In this document: positions 19,987 through 29,909 of the stretch, in pieces
How positions within the stretch are numbered: the first letter of the stretch is position 1
How the letters are laid out: every line of letters begins with the position of its first letter
DNA from: Rhodospirillales bacterium
GTDB taxonomy: Bacteria > Pseudomonadota > Alphaproteobacteria > Rhodospirillales > UBA2165
Length of the DNA stretch: 64,000 nucleotides
NCBI GenBank assembly: GCA_028823885.1
Contig: JAPPFK010000055.1
Span: 6,971 to 70,970 of the forward strand
Direction: 5' to 3'
Program-made: the position numbers and the translations under genes
Notes under the pieces: generated by a model
Database searches by the model: none
The model's input: the letters and a program-made list of their open reading frames with translations, nothing else
Told to the model about the DNA's origin: nothing

Positions 19987-20972
19987 GCAGCGCCCGAACG
20001 GAGCCGGGCGGAACGAGAATCCTGTTTGTCACCGCTTCGGGCATCGGCGACGCCGTCCTGTCGACGGGCGTCCTCGACCATCTCATTCGATCGAACTCCG
20101 GGGCCCGTGTCACCATCGCCTGCGGCCCGGTCGCCGCGCCGTTGTTCAACTATGTACCCGGCCTGGAACGTCTCATCATATTGGAAAAGCGGCCCTTGTC
20201 CTTTCATTGGCTGGACCTTTGGGCAAAATGCGTCGGGCGTTACTGGGACGTTGTCGTTGATTTCCGGGATGCACCGCTGACCTATCTTCTGGGCCGCCGG
20301 CGGCGGCTGAGCGTCACCCGCCACAATCGGCCGGAGCGCCAGGTCGAGCGATATGCCTCGGCCCTCTCATTGGACCGGCCCCCGGCGCCGACCCTGTGGA
20401 TCGATGACCGGATTGCCGGGGAGGCGGCGAACCTGATCCCCGGCGATTCCAAGGTTCTGGCCATCGGACCGACCGCCAACTGGCGGGCGAAGACCTGGCG
20501 CGCCAAGCACTTTGCGGAGTTGACCGACCGGCTGACGGGACCCGGCGGAATCCTGCCGGGCGCCAAGGTGGCGTTGTTCGGCCATGAAAGTGAACGGCCG
20601 ATGGCGCAGGAGTTGATCGACGGCATTCCGCAAAGCCAACTCATCGACCTGATGGGACGGATCGATTTGCTGACGGTCTATGGCTGCCTCCAAAGATGCG
20701 ATTTTTATGTCGGCAACGATTCCGGCCTCATGCATATGGCGGCAGCTTCGGGAACGCCGACCCTCGGCCTGTTTGGTCCGACACGGGAATCGCGGTATGG
20801 GCCTTGGGGGCATCACACCGCGGTGGTTCGAACCATGGTTCCCTTCGAGGAAATATTTCCTCCCGGTTTCGATCATGTGAACAGCGGCAGTCTCATGGAC
20901 TCGCTGACCGTCGAGATGGCGGAGCAAGGTGCGCGGGAGTTGTGGTCACGGGCGGAAGGAATTGCGGCGTGA
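19977..20972 (+). CDS. glycosyltransferase family 9 (heptosyltransferase-like)
   Basis: RILFVTASGIGDAVLSTGVL N-terminus and GNDSGLMHMAAASGTPTLGLFGPT C-terminal motif. Start is ambiguous (GTG 19977 or TTG 19983) and overlaps the upstream stop. Confidence 0.75.
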   Translation: MVLSSARTEPGGTRILFVTASGIGDAVLSTGVLDHLIRSNSGARVTIACGPVAAPLFNYVPGLERLIILEKRPLSFHWLDLWAKCVGRYWDVVVDFRDAPLTYLLGRRRRLSVTRHNRPERQVERYASALSLDRPPAPTLWIDDRIAGEAANLIPGDSKVLAIGPTANWRAKTWRAKHFAELTDRLTGPGGILPGAKVALFGHESERPMAQELIDGIPQSQLIDLMGRIDLLTVYGCLQRCDFYVGNDSGLMHMAAASGTPTLGLFGPTRESRYGPWGHHTAVVRTMVPFEEIFPPGFDHVNSGSLMDSLTVEMAEQGARELWSRAEGIAA

Positions 20973-21754
20973 GCGAGATCAAAATTTCCGCGGCCCTCAA
21001 TGTTCACAACGAAGAGACCAATTTAAAGGAGTGCTTGGAGACGTTGGGCTTTGCCGACGAGATTGTCGTGATCCTCGACAATTGCACCGATGGGTCAAAG
21101 GAGATTGCCCAGGCCTTCAACGCCAAAATGGAGGAAGGAGTGTGGGAGTTCGAAGGGGAACGCCGCAATCGGGCTATCGCCTTGGCGAGCGGGGACTGGA
21201 TCTTCGAAATCGACCCAGATGAACGGGTCCCGGCCGAGCTGGCGGACGAAATTTTCGCCAAAACCGGAGCCGGCGACGCGGACTTTTACCTGATCCCGGT
21301 GGGCAACTATGTGGGGGCACGCCACGTGCGCTACGGGTGGGCCGGAAATTTCGGCAAGGTGGCCTATGTCGGACTGTTTCGCAACGGCGCCAAGAACTGG
21401 CATCGGGGCCGGGTCCATCTCGGGTTCGATATTACCGGTAAAGGAGGCGGAACGCTGAGTGCTCCGATCATCCGTCACCTCGGTTGCAGCATTTCGGATG
21501 TGCTGCGGCGGGTGGACCGTTGCACCACCAGCCGCGCCCGAGAATTGGCGGAGCTCGGAGAGGTCTCGGGTTATGCCGGAACGATCCGAAAATCCCTCGG
21601 CTGGTTCATCCGTTCATACCTCACCAAGCGCGGCTACCGCGAGGGCGCCATCGGGTTGGCGATCGCTATCTGTGTCGGTCTCTGTCCGCTTTTGTCCCAA
21701 TTCAAGGCCAAGTTGGAAGTATCGAGTTCCGCCGCCGGGGGAGGAGGGCAGTGA
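20969..21754 (+). CDS. glycosyltransferase family 2
   Basis: SAALNVHNEETNLKECLETL...VVILDNCTDGS and a DxD-like EIDPDE. The GTG start overlaps the upstream stop (GTGA). Confidence 0.8.
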   Translation: MSEIKISAALNVHNEETNLKECLETLGFADEIVVILDNCTDGSKEIAQAFNAKMEEGVWEFEGERRNRAIALASGDWIFEIDPDERVPAELADEIFAKTGAGDADFYLIPVGNYVGARHVRYGWAGNFGKVAYVGLFRNGAKNWHRGRVHLGFDITGKGGGTLSAPIIRHLGCSISDVLRRVDRCTTSRARELAELGEVSGYAGTIRKSLGWFIRSYLTKRGYREGAIGLAIAICVGLCPLLSQFKAKLEVSSSAAGGGGQ

Positions 21755-22512
21755 GCGAGCCTCCGCGACTCTCCGCGGTGGTCAGCATCCACAACGAGGA
21801 AGACCGCCTAGCTGCCTGTCTGGAGAAACTTGCGTTCGCCGATGAAATCGTCGTACTGCTCGACCGTTGCACGGATCGGAGCCTGGAAATCGCCCGGCAA
21901 TTTTCCGATCGCATCATCGAAGGCGCTTGGCCGGTCGAAGGCGACCGCCGAAATGCCGGCATTGAGGCATGCGCGGGACCCTGGGTGCTTGAGGTCGACG
22001 CCGATGAACACGTGTCGCCCGAATTGGCGGAAGAGATTCGATCAACCGTTCGTCAAACCCGGTCGGATTGGCATGAAATCCCCGTTGACAATTACATCGG
22101 AAATCGCCTGGTGCGCCACGGCTGGGGCGCATCCTACGGAAAAGCCGCCTACCCCGGCCTGTTCAAGCGTGACGTTAAACGCTGGGGACGGCAACGTGTG
22201 CATCCCCGTCTTGAATGGTCGGGCAAGAAGGGCGACATGCTGACCAACCGATTGGCGCATTTCGTCGACCGGGATATTTCGGACATGGTGCGCCGCCTGG
22301 ACAGCTATTCCACGGCGCGTGCCCGGGACCTTCGCGATGCGGGCGACATCGGATCGACCGCCAACAACGTCCGGCGGCTGTTTTCCAGGTTTATCAAATG
22401 CTACATCGGCCGGCGCGGCTACCGGGAGGGCGGCTACGGCTTCCTGATCGCTTTGTTTGCCGGGCTATATCCGTTGCTCTCCCATCTCAAGGCCAAGGCG
22501 GAGCTCGATTGA
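21751..22512 (+). CDS. glycosyltransferase family 2 (tandem paralogue)
   Basis: SAVVSIHNEEDRLAACLEKL...VVLLDRCTDRS and EVDADE. GTGA overlap with the upstream gene. Collinear with the previous GT2. Confidence 0.8.
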   Translation: MSEPPRLSAVVSIHNEEDRLAACLEKLAFADEIVVLLDRCTDRSLEIARQFSDRIIEGAWPVEGDRRNAGIEACAGPWVLEVDADEHVSPELAEEIRSTVRQTRSDWHEIPVDNYIGNRLVRHGWGASYGKAAYPGLFKRDVKRWGRQRVHPRLEWSGKKGDMLTNRLAHFVDRDISDMVRRLDSYSTARARDLRDAGDIGSTANNVRRLFSRFIKCYIGRRGYREGGYGFLIALFAGLYPLLSHLKAKAELD

Positions 22513-23546
22513 TGGCGCGGATCGTGCTCGCCGACGACGGCATCGCGTTTGACGGCAGAAGTCCGGAGGCCGGCCCGTTGGGCGGCGTCGAGTCGGCAGT
22601 GGTCTATCTGGTCCGCGAATTGGCGCGGCGGGGGCATCAGGTCAGCGTTCACAACAAGTGCGAAAACAGGGAGGAAATCGATGGCGTTCTTTGGTCACCC
22701 ATCGGCGACGGGCTGCCGGGAGAGGCCGACCTCTATATCGCCAATCGCGGCGACAAGCTCCTCCCGCTGATGCCCCATGCCCGGCGAACCATATTCTGGA
22801 TCCACAATCCGGCGCGATATCTCCTGAAATTGCGTTACCTCTCCAAACTGTGGCGTCTCAAGCCGGCCATCGTTTTCGTCGGCGACTACCACGCGACCAC
22901 CTACCCCGCCTGGGCACCGGTCGGAGATCGGGTGGTCATTCCCTACGGGGTCGCGCCATTATTCTCCGGGCTTGCCGAGATAGAAGATCCGCCACCCGCG
23001 CGGGCGATATTTACCTCAAATCCGTTACGGTCGCTGAACTGGTTGTTGGATTTGTGGACGGCAAGAATCCGCCCGCAGGTGCCGGACGGCGAACTGCATC
23101 TGTTTACGGGTGCGCTGACCTACGGAGCCATCGGGGCGCGCAAGTCCGATCCCATGGAGCAGGTTCTGGCGCGGGCCCGCGAGCTTGCCGACCATGGCGT
23201 GGTTCTCCGGGAGCCGGTATCGAAGACCGAGCTGTTGTCAGAGCTTAGGTCGTCACGGGTCATGCTGTATCGAGGAGATCTCAACGAGACGTTCTGCCTG
23301 GCCGTGGGTGAAGCGCAGGCGGCCGGGGTGCCGGCGGTGGTTCAGCGTTTCGGATCAATGGTCGAACGGGTGATTGACGGCGAAACCGGATCGGTGACAG
23401 ATAGCGACGATGAATTTGCTTCGGCGGCGATCCGGCTCCTGACCGGGAATGAGACTTGGCGGTCCCAACATCGGGCCGCGCTGGAAAAGCAGTCCCGATG
23501 GACTTGGCCGCATGCCGCGGCCGCGTTTGAAAGGCTGATCCCCTGA
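22512..23546 (+). CDS. glycosyltransferase family 4 (paralogue of 18946-19986)
   Basis: IAFDGRSPEAGPLGGVESAVVYLVRELARRGHQV mirrors the first GT4. ETFCLAVGEAQAAGVPAV. ATGA-type overlap with the upstream stop. Confidence 0.75.
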   Translation: MARIVLADDGIAFDGRSPEAGPLGGVESAVVYLVRELARRGHQVSVHNKCENREEIDGVLWSPIGDGLPGEADLYIANRGDKLLPLMPHARRTIFWIHNPARYLLKLRYLSKLWRLKPAIVFVGDYHATTYPAWAPVGDRVVIPYGVAPLFSGLAEIEDPPPARAIFTSNPLRSLNWLLDLWTARIRPQVPDGELHLFTGALTYGAIGARKSDPMEQVLARARELADHGVVLREPVSKTELLSELRSSRVMLYRGDLNETFCLAVGEAQAAGVPAVVQRFGSMVERVIDGETGSVTDSDDEFASAAIRLLTGNETWRSQHRAALEKQSRWTWPHAAAAFERLIP

Positions 23547-24574
23547 TGAAGGTTCTCCAGTGCATGGCGGGCGCCGAGTTCGGCGGGGCCGAGGCGTTTT
23601 TTACCCGCCTGATCATCGGGCTCGGCCGGGCCGGGCTGGATCAGCGGGTTGTGATTCGGGCCAATGGGGATCGCGCCAGATTGCTCAGGGGCGCCGGTAT
23701 CGAGCCCGATGAGCTCAAATTCGGCGGGCCGTTGGACGTTGGTTCCGGACGCAAGCTCGGCAAGATGATCAAAGAGTACGAGCCCGACGTGGTCATGAGC
23801 TGGATGAACCGGGCCACCGCGGCGGTTCCCAGGCCGGACGGGAAGTTCATCCACGTCGGCCGGCTCGGCGGCTACTACAACCTCAAATACTACCGGAACT
23901 GCGATCATCTGGCCGCCAACACGGAAGACATCGCCGGCTATCTCATCAAGAACGGCTGGGCGCCGGAGCGCGTGCACTACCTGCCGAATTTCGTTTCCGC
24001 CGAGAAAGCGGCGCCCCTTTCCCGAAGCACGTTTTCCACGCCGGAAGGGACGCCGCTCATCCTCGCCTTGGGACGCCTGCACGAGAACAAGGCCTTCGAT
24101 ACGCTGCTCCGGGCGGTGGCGCGGGTGCCAGACGCCTATCTCTGGCTGGCCGGTGAAGGTCCGCTCCGGGGCGAGCTCGAGGAGTTGGCCGAACAACTCG
24201 GCATCGAGCCCCGGGTCCGCTTTCTCGGTTGGCGCGACGACACCGAGGCGCTGTTCGCGTCGGCGGACATATTCGTTTGTCCGTCCCGCCGCGAACCGCT
24301 CGGCAACGTGGTGATCGAGGCCTGGGCGCAGGGGGTCCCGGTGGTCGCCGCCGACAGCCCGGGCCCCGGTACTCTTGTTCGACACGGCGTATCCGGGTTG
24401 CTGAGCCCGATCGACGACGTACAGGCCCTGGCGCGGTCGATCAAGCGGCTGGCCGACGATCCGGGTGCACGCGAGGAACTTTCCCGTGGCGGCCGGGACG
24501 CCTATGAGGCCGAGTTCACCGAGTCCATCGTGGTCAGGAAGTACCTCGACTTCTTCGAAAAGGTCACTGCCTGA
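23546..24574 (+). CDS. glycosyltransferase family 4
   Basis: MKVLQCMAGAEFGGAEAFF N-terminus and REPLGNVVIEAWAQGVPVVA C-terminal motif. The start overlaps the upstream stop. Confidence 0.8.
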   Translation: MKVLQCMAGAEFGGAEAFFTRLIIGLGRAGLDQRVVIRANGDRARLLRGAGIEPDELKFGGPLDVGSGRKLGKMIKEYEPDVVMSWMNRATAAVPRPDGKFIHVGRLGGYYNLKYYRNCDHLAANTEDIAGYLIKNGWAPERVHYLPNFVSAEKAAPLSRSTFSTPEGTPLILALGRLHENKAFDTLLRAVARVPDAYLWLAGEGPLRGELEELAEQLGIEPRVRFLGWRDDTEALFASADIFVCPSRREPLGNVVIEAWAQGVPVVAADSPGPGTLVRHGVSGLLSPIDDVQALARSIKRLADDPGAREELSRGGRDAYEAEFTESIVVRKYLDFFEKVTA

Positions 24575-26346
24575 TGTGCGGCATCGCCGGGGTCGCCATG
24601 GCCGATGGCAGTGCGCCGGACGGCGCGCTGGTCGGCCGGATGATCAAGGCGATCGCCCATCGCGGGCCCGACGGCGAAGGCGCCCATGCGGGCGGCAGTG
24701 TGGCGATGGCCCACAACAGGCTGGCCATCATCGATCTCGAGACCGGCAATCAACCGATCCGCGGCCCGCGCGGCATCGTCCTCGCCGCCAATGCCGAGAT
24801 CTACAATTACATCGAACTCAGGCGGGAATTGGGCGAGTCCATGTTCAACACGCGGTCGGACTGCGAGCCGCCGGTGCATCTCTATGCGGGCGAGGGGACG
24901 GGGTTCGGCCGGGCGCTCCGCGGCATGTATGCCATCGCAATCGCCGACGAGGCGGCGGGCCGGGTGGTGCTGTCCCGTGATCCGTTCGGGATCAAGCCGC
25001 TCTATACCGCGGCCATCGAGGGCGGGACGGCGTTTGCGTCGGAACCGGCGGCGCTTGTCGCCGCCGGGCTTGTCGCCCCCCGCCTCAACGCGACCGCACG
25101 GGATGAGATGCTCCAGCTCCAATATTCGACCGGCCGGCGGACCATATTCGAGGGCGTGGACCGGGTGCTGCCCGGAGAGACCTTGACCATCGAGGCGGGC
25201 GGTATCGTCGACCGGCTCGACAAGGCGGCGCTGCCGGACGGCGCACCGGCGGACTGGGATGAAGAAGAGGCCGTCCGGCGATTCGACGCGGCATTCATGA
25301 ACAGCGTCGAGGTCCACCAGCGCGCCGACGTGCCGTATGGCATGTTTCTGTCGGGCGGCATCGATTCATCGGCGGTGCTCGCCGCCATGCGGGATTTGAA
25401 CGACCGGCCGGTCCAGGCCTTCACCGCCGGTTTTTCCGGGACCCGGGCCGCGGATGAGCGGGAGCACGCGGAAGCCGTCGCCCGCGCGGCCGGAGCGGAC
25501 TTCCACGCCATCGACGTGGATGCGGCGGATTTCTGGCGAGACTTGCCGGCGATCGCCGCGGCGCTCGACGACCCGGCGGCGGACTACGCCGCCATTCCGA
25601 CCTACAAGCTGGGCCGGCTGGTTCATGACCGCGGCCTGAAGGTCGTTCTCTCGGGCGAGGGGGGGGATGAACTGTTCGCCGGATACGGCCGCTACCGCCG
25701 CCTGCTGCGGCCCCGGTTCCTGGGCGGCGGCGCCATGCGCCGCAAGGGCGCCTTCGAGGGGCTGGGGGTCCTCCGGGATGACGGCGACGGCTGGCGGGCC
25801 GGTCTCGACCGGGCCCTGGCCCGGGAGGCCACCGCCGGCCGCACGCGGCTTCAAGCGGCTCAGGCAATGGATTGCGCGGACTGGCTGCCCAACGACCTGT
25901 TGATCAAGCTGGACCGGTGTCTGATGGCGCACGGCGTCGAAGGCCGGACCCCGTTTCTCGACCGGCGGGTCGCCGATGTGGCCATGCGGCTTCCCGACAA
26001 TCTCAAGGTACGGGGGCGCACCGGCAAATACGTTCTCCGGCGCTGGCTGGAACGGAAGCTGCCCGAAGCCCGGCCGTTCGCCCGCAAGAAGGGCTTCACC
26101 GTGCCGGTCGGGGAGTGGATCGCGGCGCGGTCCGGCGAGCTATCCCGACTGGTGGCCCGGCAGCCCTGCATCGAGGAGGTGTGCCATCCGGCCGCGGTGG
26201 AGGCCTTGTTCCGCACCCTCGATCCCAACCGCCCGCGGGCCGCGCAAGCCGCCTGGCGGCTGCTTTTCTATGCGCTGTGGCACCGGCGTCACATGGAGGG
26301 CCGGGCACCGGACGGGGATGTGTTCGAGGTCTTGTCGGCGAACTAG
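24574..26346 (+). CDS. asnB: asparagine synthase (glutamine-hydrolysing) family amidotransferase
   Basis: Ntn-glutaminase start MCGIAG and PP-loop LSGGIDSS. The start overlaps the upstream stop, making it the last gene of the cluster. Confidence 0.85.
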   Translation: MCGIAGVAMADGSAPDGALVGRMIKAIAHRGPDGEGAHAGGSVAMAHNRLAIIDLETGNQPIRGPRGIVLAANAEIYNYIELRRELGESMFNTRSDCEPPVHLYAGEGTGFGRALRGMYAIAIADEAAGRVVLSRDPFGIKPLYTAAIEGGTAFASEPAALVAAGLVAPRLNATARDEMLQLQYSTGRRTIFEGVDRVLPGETLTIEAGGIVDRLDKAALPDGAPADWDEEEAVRRFDAAFMNSVEVHQRADVPYGMFLSGGIDSSAVLAAMRDLNDRPVQAFTAGFSGTRAADEREHAEAVARAAGADFHAIDVDAADFWRDLPAIAAALDDPAADYAAIPTYKLGRLVHDRGLKVVLSGEGGDELFAGYGRYRRLLRPRFLGGGAMRRKGAFEGLGVLRDDGDGWRAGLDRALAREATAGRTRLQAAQAMDCADWLPNDLLIKLDRCLMAHGVEGRTPFLDRRVADVAMRLPDNLKVRGRTGKYVLRRWLERKLPEARPFARKKGFTVPVGEWIAARSGELSRLVARQPCIEEVCHPAAVEALFRTLDPNRPRAAQAAWRLLFYALWHRRHMEGRAPDGDVFEVLSAN

Positions 26347-26393
26347 GCGCGAGGCAAAACCCCGTCAAAGGGCGGGGCAACGCCTAGAAGCGC

Positions 26394-27602
26394 CTAGAAT
26401 CGATAATCCGACACATCGAGGCCGAGGGCCTCGCGGCCCCAGGCCGTGAGATAGATATCCCAGTTGTTCTGGTGGTGGGCGCCCGCGGCCTTCACGTCGC
26501 GCAGCTTGCGCTGGATGTCGTTGTCGTTATAGAGCCCGTTGCCGCCCCAGGCGTAGAACAGCCGGTCGACCGCCTTCTGGCAGAGGACGCAGACGTAGGC
26601 CATGTCCCGCTTGTTGCGGAGCCGCTCCTCGTCGGTGAGGGGACGATCCCGCAATATCTCCTCGGTCTCCCGGAGGTTGCGCAGCATCAGGCTTTCCGCG
26701 GCCCGCGCATCCGCCGCGCTTTCGGCGATCCTCAGGTGGATGGACTGGAAGTCGGCGACCTTTTCGCCGCCCCGGTTGATCCGCGTCTCCATGGCGTCGA
26801 TGAACTGCTCGACGGCGCCCAGCGCAAGTCCGACCGATACCGAGACCAGGGAGTAGGGCGCAACCGAGATGCGGGGCAGCCGGAAGACGGGGTGGTCGTA
26901 CATTTCGGCTCCCGGCGTGGTGCCGTCGAGCCCGTCCCTGGACGGGAAGGTGCGGTGTTCGGGCACGAAGGCGTCCTCGAACTCGACGAAGCAGGAGCCG
27001 GTGCCGCGCAGCGCGAAGGTATCCCAGTTGTCGATGATCCGTCCTTTGTCGCGCTCGATCAGGATATGGAGCATGCCGGACCCGTCGGCGAGGACGGCGT
27101 TGTTGGCGAGCCAGCCCGCATGTTTGCACCCTGACGAGAAGGTCGCCCAGCCGTTCAGCAGATAACCGCCGTCGGCGGGGGTGAGGGCGCACTTTCTGGC
27201 GATGCTTTCCTCGGTGCCCGTATTGCCGCCGGAACAGATGAACTGGTCCGGGCCGGAGGCCCACAATTCGTTCTGCGCCCGTTCCGGAAATCCGGCACAG
27301 GTGTTGGCGTGCTCGGCGTAGACCGCATAGACCCAGGCGGTGGAAGCGCATCCCTTGGCGAGCTCCGCGCATACCTGGACCAGCACGTCCCATCCGTATT
27401 CGTAACCGCCGTACTTCCTGGGCATGCAGACCCGGATCAGCCCGTGGCGGCGGAAGTCGCCAAGGGTTTCCTCGGGGATGGCGGCGGCCTCTTCGCAGGC
27501 CGGCGCGCGGGCCAGCAGATCGGGCACCATGGACCGCGCCCGGGAGATCAGCTCCGCCGGGCTCGGGATATCGATGTTGGTGTCGGCGGCGACGCCCTCC
27601 AT
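26394..27602 (-). CDS. acyl-CoA dehydrogenase-fold flavoprotein (two-component monooxygenase-like)
   Basis: ACAD-like length and layout. RHGLIRVCMPRKYGGYEY N-domain motif. Start taken at MEGVAAD. Confidence 0.7.
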   Translation of the reverse strand: MEGVAADTNIDIPSPAELISRARSMVPDLLARAPACEEAAAIPEETLGDFRRHGLIRVCMPRKYGGYEYGWDVLVQVCAELAKGCASTAWVYAVYAEHANTCAGFPERAQNELWASGPDQFICSGGNTGTEESIARKCALTPADGGYLLNGWATFSSGCKHAGWLANNAVLADGSGMLHILIERDKGRIIDNWDTFALRGTGSCFVEFEDAFVPEHRTFPSRDGLDGTTPGAEMYDHPVFRLPRISVAPYSLVSVSVGLALGAVEQFIDAMETRINRGGEKVADFQSIHLRIAESAADARAAESLMLRNLRETEEILRDRPLTDEERLRNKRDMAYVCVLCQKAVDRLFYAWGGNGLYNDNDIQRKLRDVKAAGAHHQNNWDIYLTAWGREALGLDVSDYRF

Positions 27603-27769
27603 GACGCTCTCTCTCCTGTTGGAACCGGCATCGGCCGGCACAGGCCAGCATAGGTGTGGCGTATTTGCCGGTAAAGGGCCGCCCCGAAACACATCGGGCA
27701 TGGCGGCGGGGCCGTCGGCATCGCCGAAAACCGGCGACGCGCCGGGCGGTTTTGCGTATTGTCCGGGCC

Positions 27770-28198
27770 ATGGAACTCGATTTCGACTGGTTCAACCTGC
27801 ACGTCGGCGCCTTGGTGGGGACGGCGCTGGTATTCGGCGGCATGTCGTTCTTCGCCTTCGTCTTTACGCCCATGGTCTTCAAGTTCGTCGAGCGCGAGGA
27901 CGCGGCGCACTTCCTGCGCCAGGTGTTTCCGGTCTATCACCGGGTGATCGCGAGCCTCAGCTGTGTCCCCGCCATTTTGCTGATCCCCGGCGGCCGGTCC
28001 TACACGCCGGAGGTGACGGCGCTGTTGGCGGTGGCGCTGCTCAACCTCGTCTCGGCGCGGTTCATCGTGCCGGCGGCCGACGCGGCCCGCGAGGCCGGCG
28101 ATCAGAAAAAGTTCGCCGCCATCCACCGGTTGAGCGTGATCCTGCACACGGGCGAACTGGTCGCTATGCTCGTCGTACTCATTAGACTGGCCCAGTAG
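27770..28198 (+). CDS. DUF4149-like integral membrane protein
   Basis: 142 aa with four predicted TM helices. Start at MELDFDWF. Confidence 0.5.
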   Translation: MELDFDWFNLHVGALVGTALVFGGMSFFAFVFTPMVFKFVEREDAAHFLRQVFPVYHRVIASLSCVPAILLIPGGRSYTPEVTALLAVALLNLVSARFIVPAADAAREAGDQKKFAAIHRLSVILHTGELVAMLVVLIRLAQ

Positions 28199-28227
28199 CG
28201 GGGCAAGTAGAGCCCATCACGCGCGCA

Positions 28228-28236
28228 TGATATAAT
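28228..28236 (+). promoter_or_regulatory. extended -10 promoter element TGaTATAAT
   Basis: Perfect TGnTATAAT about 50 nt upstream of the ATG at 28287, at the GC-content drop. Confidence 0.4.
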
Positions 28237-28286
28237 TTCGGCTACACGGAAAACGGGCGGAACAGGTATGCGCCCAAGGGTAGTGG

Positions 28287-29171
28287 ATGCGACGTTTATT
28301 TAGATCAAGCCGGCTGCTGTGGGCGGTGTTGGTGTTGTTTGGGCTGACGTTTGGCTGGACGCTCGACAGCAACGTCGCAGGTGAACTGGTTTGGTCTCGA
28401 ATTGATGCGGCCGCGCGAAATGACACAACAAGGAGGTGGGAAGAATTTCAGAAGGCCGTCCCGCATTTCGATTTGGAACAGGCGCTATTCGCCTACCAGC
28501 ACTACCGACGAGATCCGGATCGCTACCGACTGGCCCTAAAACTGTATGTCATCCGCCATCCCGAGGCCCGGGTGAAGGCCAACCGTGAGTATGTCGAATG
28601 GCAGGATTGGCCCAAATTCTTTCGCGACGACTTCGACAAGGAGATCAATTGGCTAAAGCGTGTCTCAGCCATGCCGCCGGACGACATCTTCGAGTTGTCG
28701 CGACGGTTAAAGGGGAGGGTGGCAGACGATGCGAGCGACGAAGTCCGCAGCCTCAATGGTTCGATTTCCCATGCGTTGGCGATATACGCCGAAAACGCGG
28801 GTTCGGGCGCGGCGATGTATTTTCATGCGAAGGCGAATTTGGTCTCAGCGGTCGAATCTGCGCGTATCTTCGGATGCAACCCAGGGGCACCGGAACTCGT
28901 TATGTGGAAGGCCGCTGACCTGGAGTACGGTCCCGCTATCATCGATCTCATTTCGATGTATCTGATTGGTCGCTGCGTCGCGGAGGATTTTACGCGCGCC
29001 TATTACTGGGTGCTGAGGGGACGTCGGGCCGGGATAGACGTGAGCGGCCCTGCCGCCCGGGTGGAAGCCGGGGTGTCACCGGGCCAGCGTTCATTGGCGG
29101 AGAATTGGCTGGCCCGTGCCGAGGTACCCTCGGTCCATGACTACAAGAATTTAAACCGAACGACGCGGTAG
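28287..29171 (+). CDS. secreted hypothetical protein with a Sel1-like C-terminal repeat
   Basis: Signal-peptide-like MRRLFRSSRLLWAVLVLFGLTFG. C-terminal ISMYLIGRCVAEDFTRAYYWVLRGRRAG resembles a Sel1/TPR-like repeat. A sampled 60-nt line is 52% GC. Confidence 0.55.
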   Translation: MRRLFRSSRLLWAVLVLFGLTFGWTLDSNVAGELVWSRIDAAARNDTTRRWEEFQKAVPHFDLEQALFAYQHYRRDPDRYRLALKLYVIRHPEARVKANREYVEWQDWPKFFRDDFDKEINWLKRVSAMPPDDIFELSRRLKGRVADDASDEVRSLNGSISHALAIYAENAGSGAAMYFHAKANLVSAVESARIFGCNPGAPELVMWKAADLEYGPAIIDLISMYLIGRCVAEDFTRAYYWVLRGRRAGIDVSGPAARVEAGVSPGQRSLAENWLARAEVPSVHDYKNLNRTTR

Positions 29172-29175
29172 GAAT

Positions 29176-29862
29176 TCAGCATCGATAGCCGTGACTTTTG
29201 CGGCAGTTGCAGAAGTCGTTCCAGGATTTCTCGGCCTGACGCCTGTCCGTTGCAAGCTTCCTGTTGATTTCTTCCAGTTCGGATTGCGCCTGAGACAGTT
29301 CCGCTTCCAGTCTTTGAATTACCTGTCGTTTCTTGGAATTTTCCAACGCCTGTTTCGCCGCAATGGCGGCATCTAACGCCATTAGAGCTGCTCGCGTCGC
29401 TGGTGTTAGCTTTACCAGGTCACGCATCACGGTGACGGCCGCAGGAAGTTTATCTTCTTTCAGGTTGGCAATGGCTTCCATACGTCGCTTCACGTCGTCT
29501 GATTTTTTCAGCGAAGCCTCATCCAACGGTTGGACCACTTCTATATCCGCTCGATGGTCCCACCAAAGGTCTCGGCACGGATCGTCGGCGGAGCTAGGCG
29601 GAGGCTCTTTCGGCTTCTCGTCTTCGGGCAGGTTAGCGGGCGGCGGCGGTTTGGGCTTGTCGTCTTTCGGCGGGTCTTTGGGCGTTTCCCCCTCACCTTC
29701 CTTGGCGGCGATCCGCTGGGCGTAGGGCGCCAATGCCCGCATGGTCTCGCCGTCCGGGTTGGCGTAGCCGTCGACTTTCAGGTTGTTCGCGTTCTGAAAA
29801 CTCTCCAGCGAGGCGGCGAGGGAATAATCTCCCCAGCCCGCCGGACATGGTCCCGGTCTCAT
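29176..29862 (-). CDS. hypothetical protein: PG-binding-like fragment, Pro/Lys-rich linker, coiled coil, Cys-rich tail
   Basis: SLESFQNANNLKVDGYANPDGETMRAL resembles the last half of a PG_binding_1 domain. It is followed by PKDPPKDDKPKPPPPANLPEDEKPKEPPP, heptad-like ELSQAQSELEEINRKL, and then NDFCNCRKSHGYRC. Confidence 0.55.
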   Translation of the reverse strand: MRPGPCPAGWGDYSLAASLESFQNANNLKVDGYANPDGETMRALAPYAQRIAAKEGEGETPKDPPKDDKPKPPPPANLPEDEKPKEPPPSSADDPCRDLWWDHRADIEVVQPLDEASLKKSDDVKRRMEAIANLKEDKLPAAVTVMRDLVKLTPATRAALMALDAAIAAKQALENSKKRQVIQRLEAELSQAQSELEEINRKLATDRRQAEKSWNDFCNCRKSHGYRC

Positions 29863-29909
29863 GGAAACAATTGGAAGCCAGGACCCAAACCGCCTTAGGG
29901 GAGAACGCC

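Noticed and set aside
26366-26385. Hairpin CCCCG-tcaaaggg-CGGGG after asnB, considered as a terminator.
   Set aside because: The stem is only 5 bp, the loop is 8 nt, and there is no T-tract. This is too weak to call.
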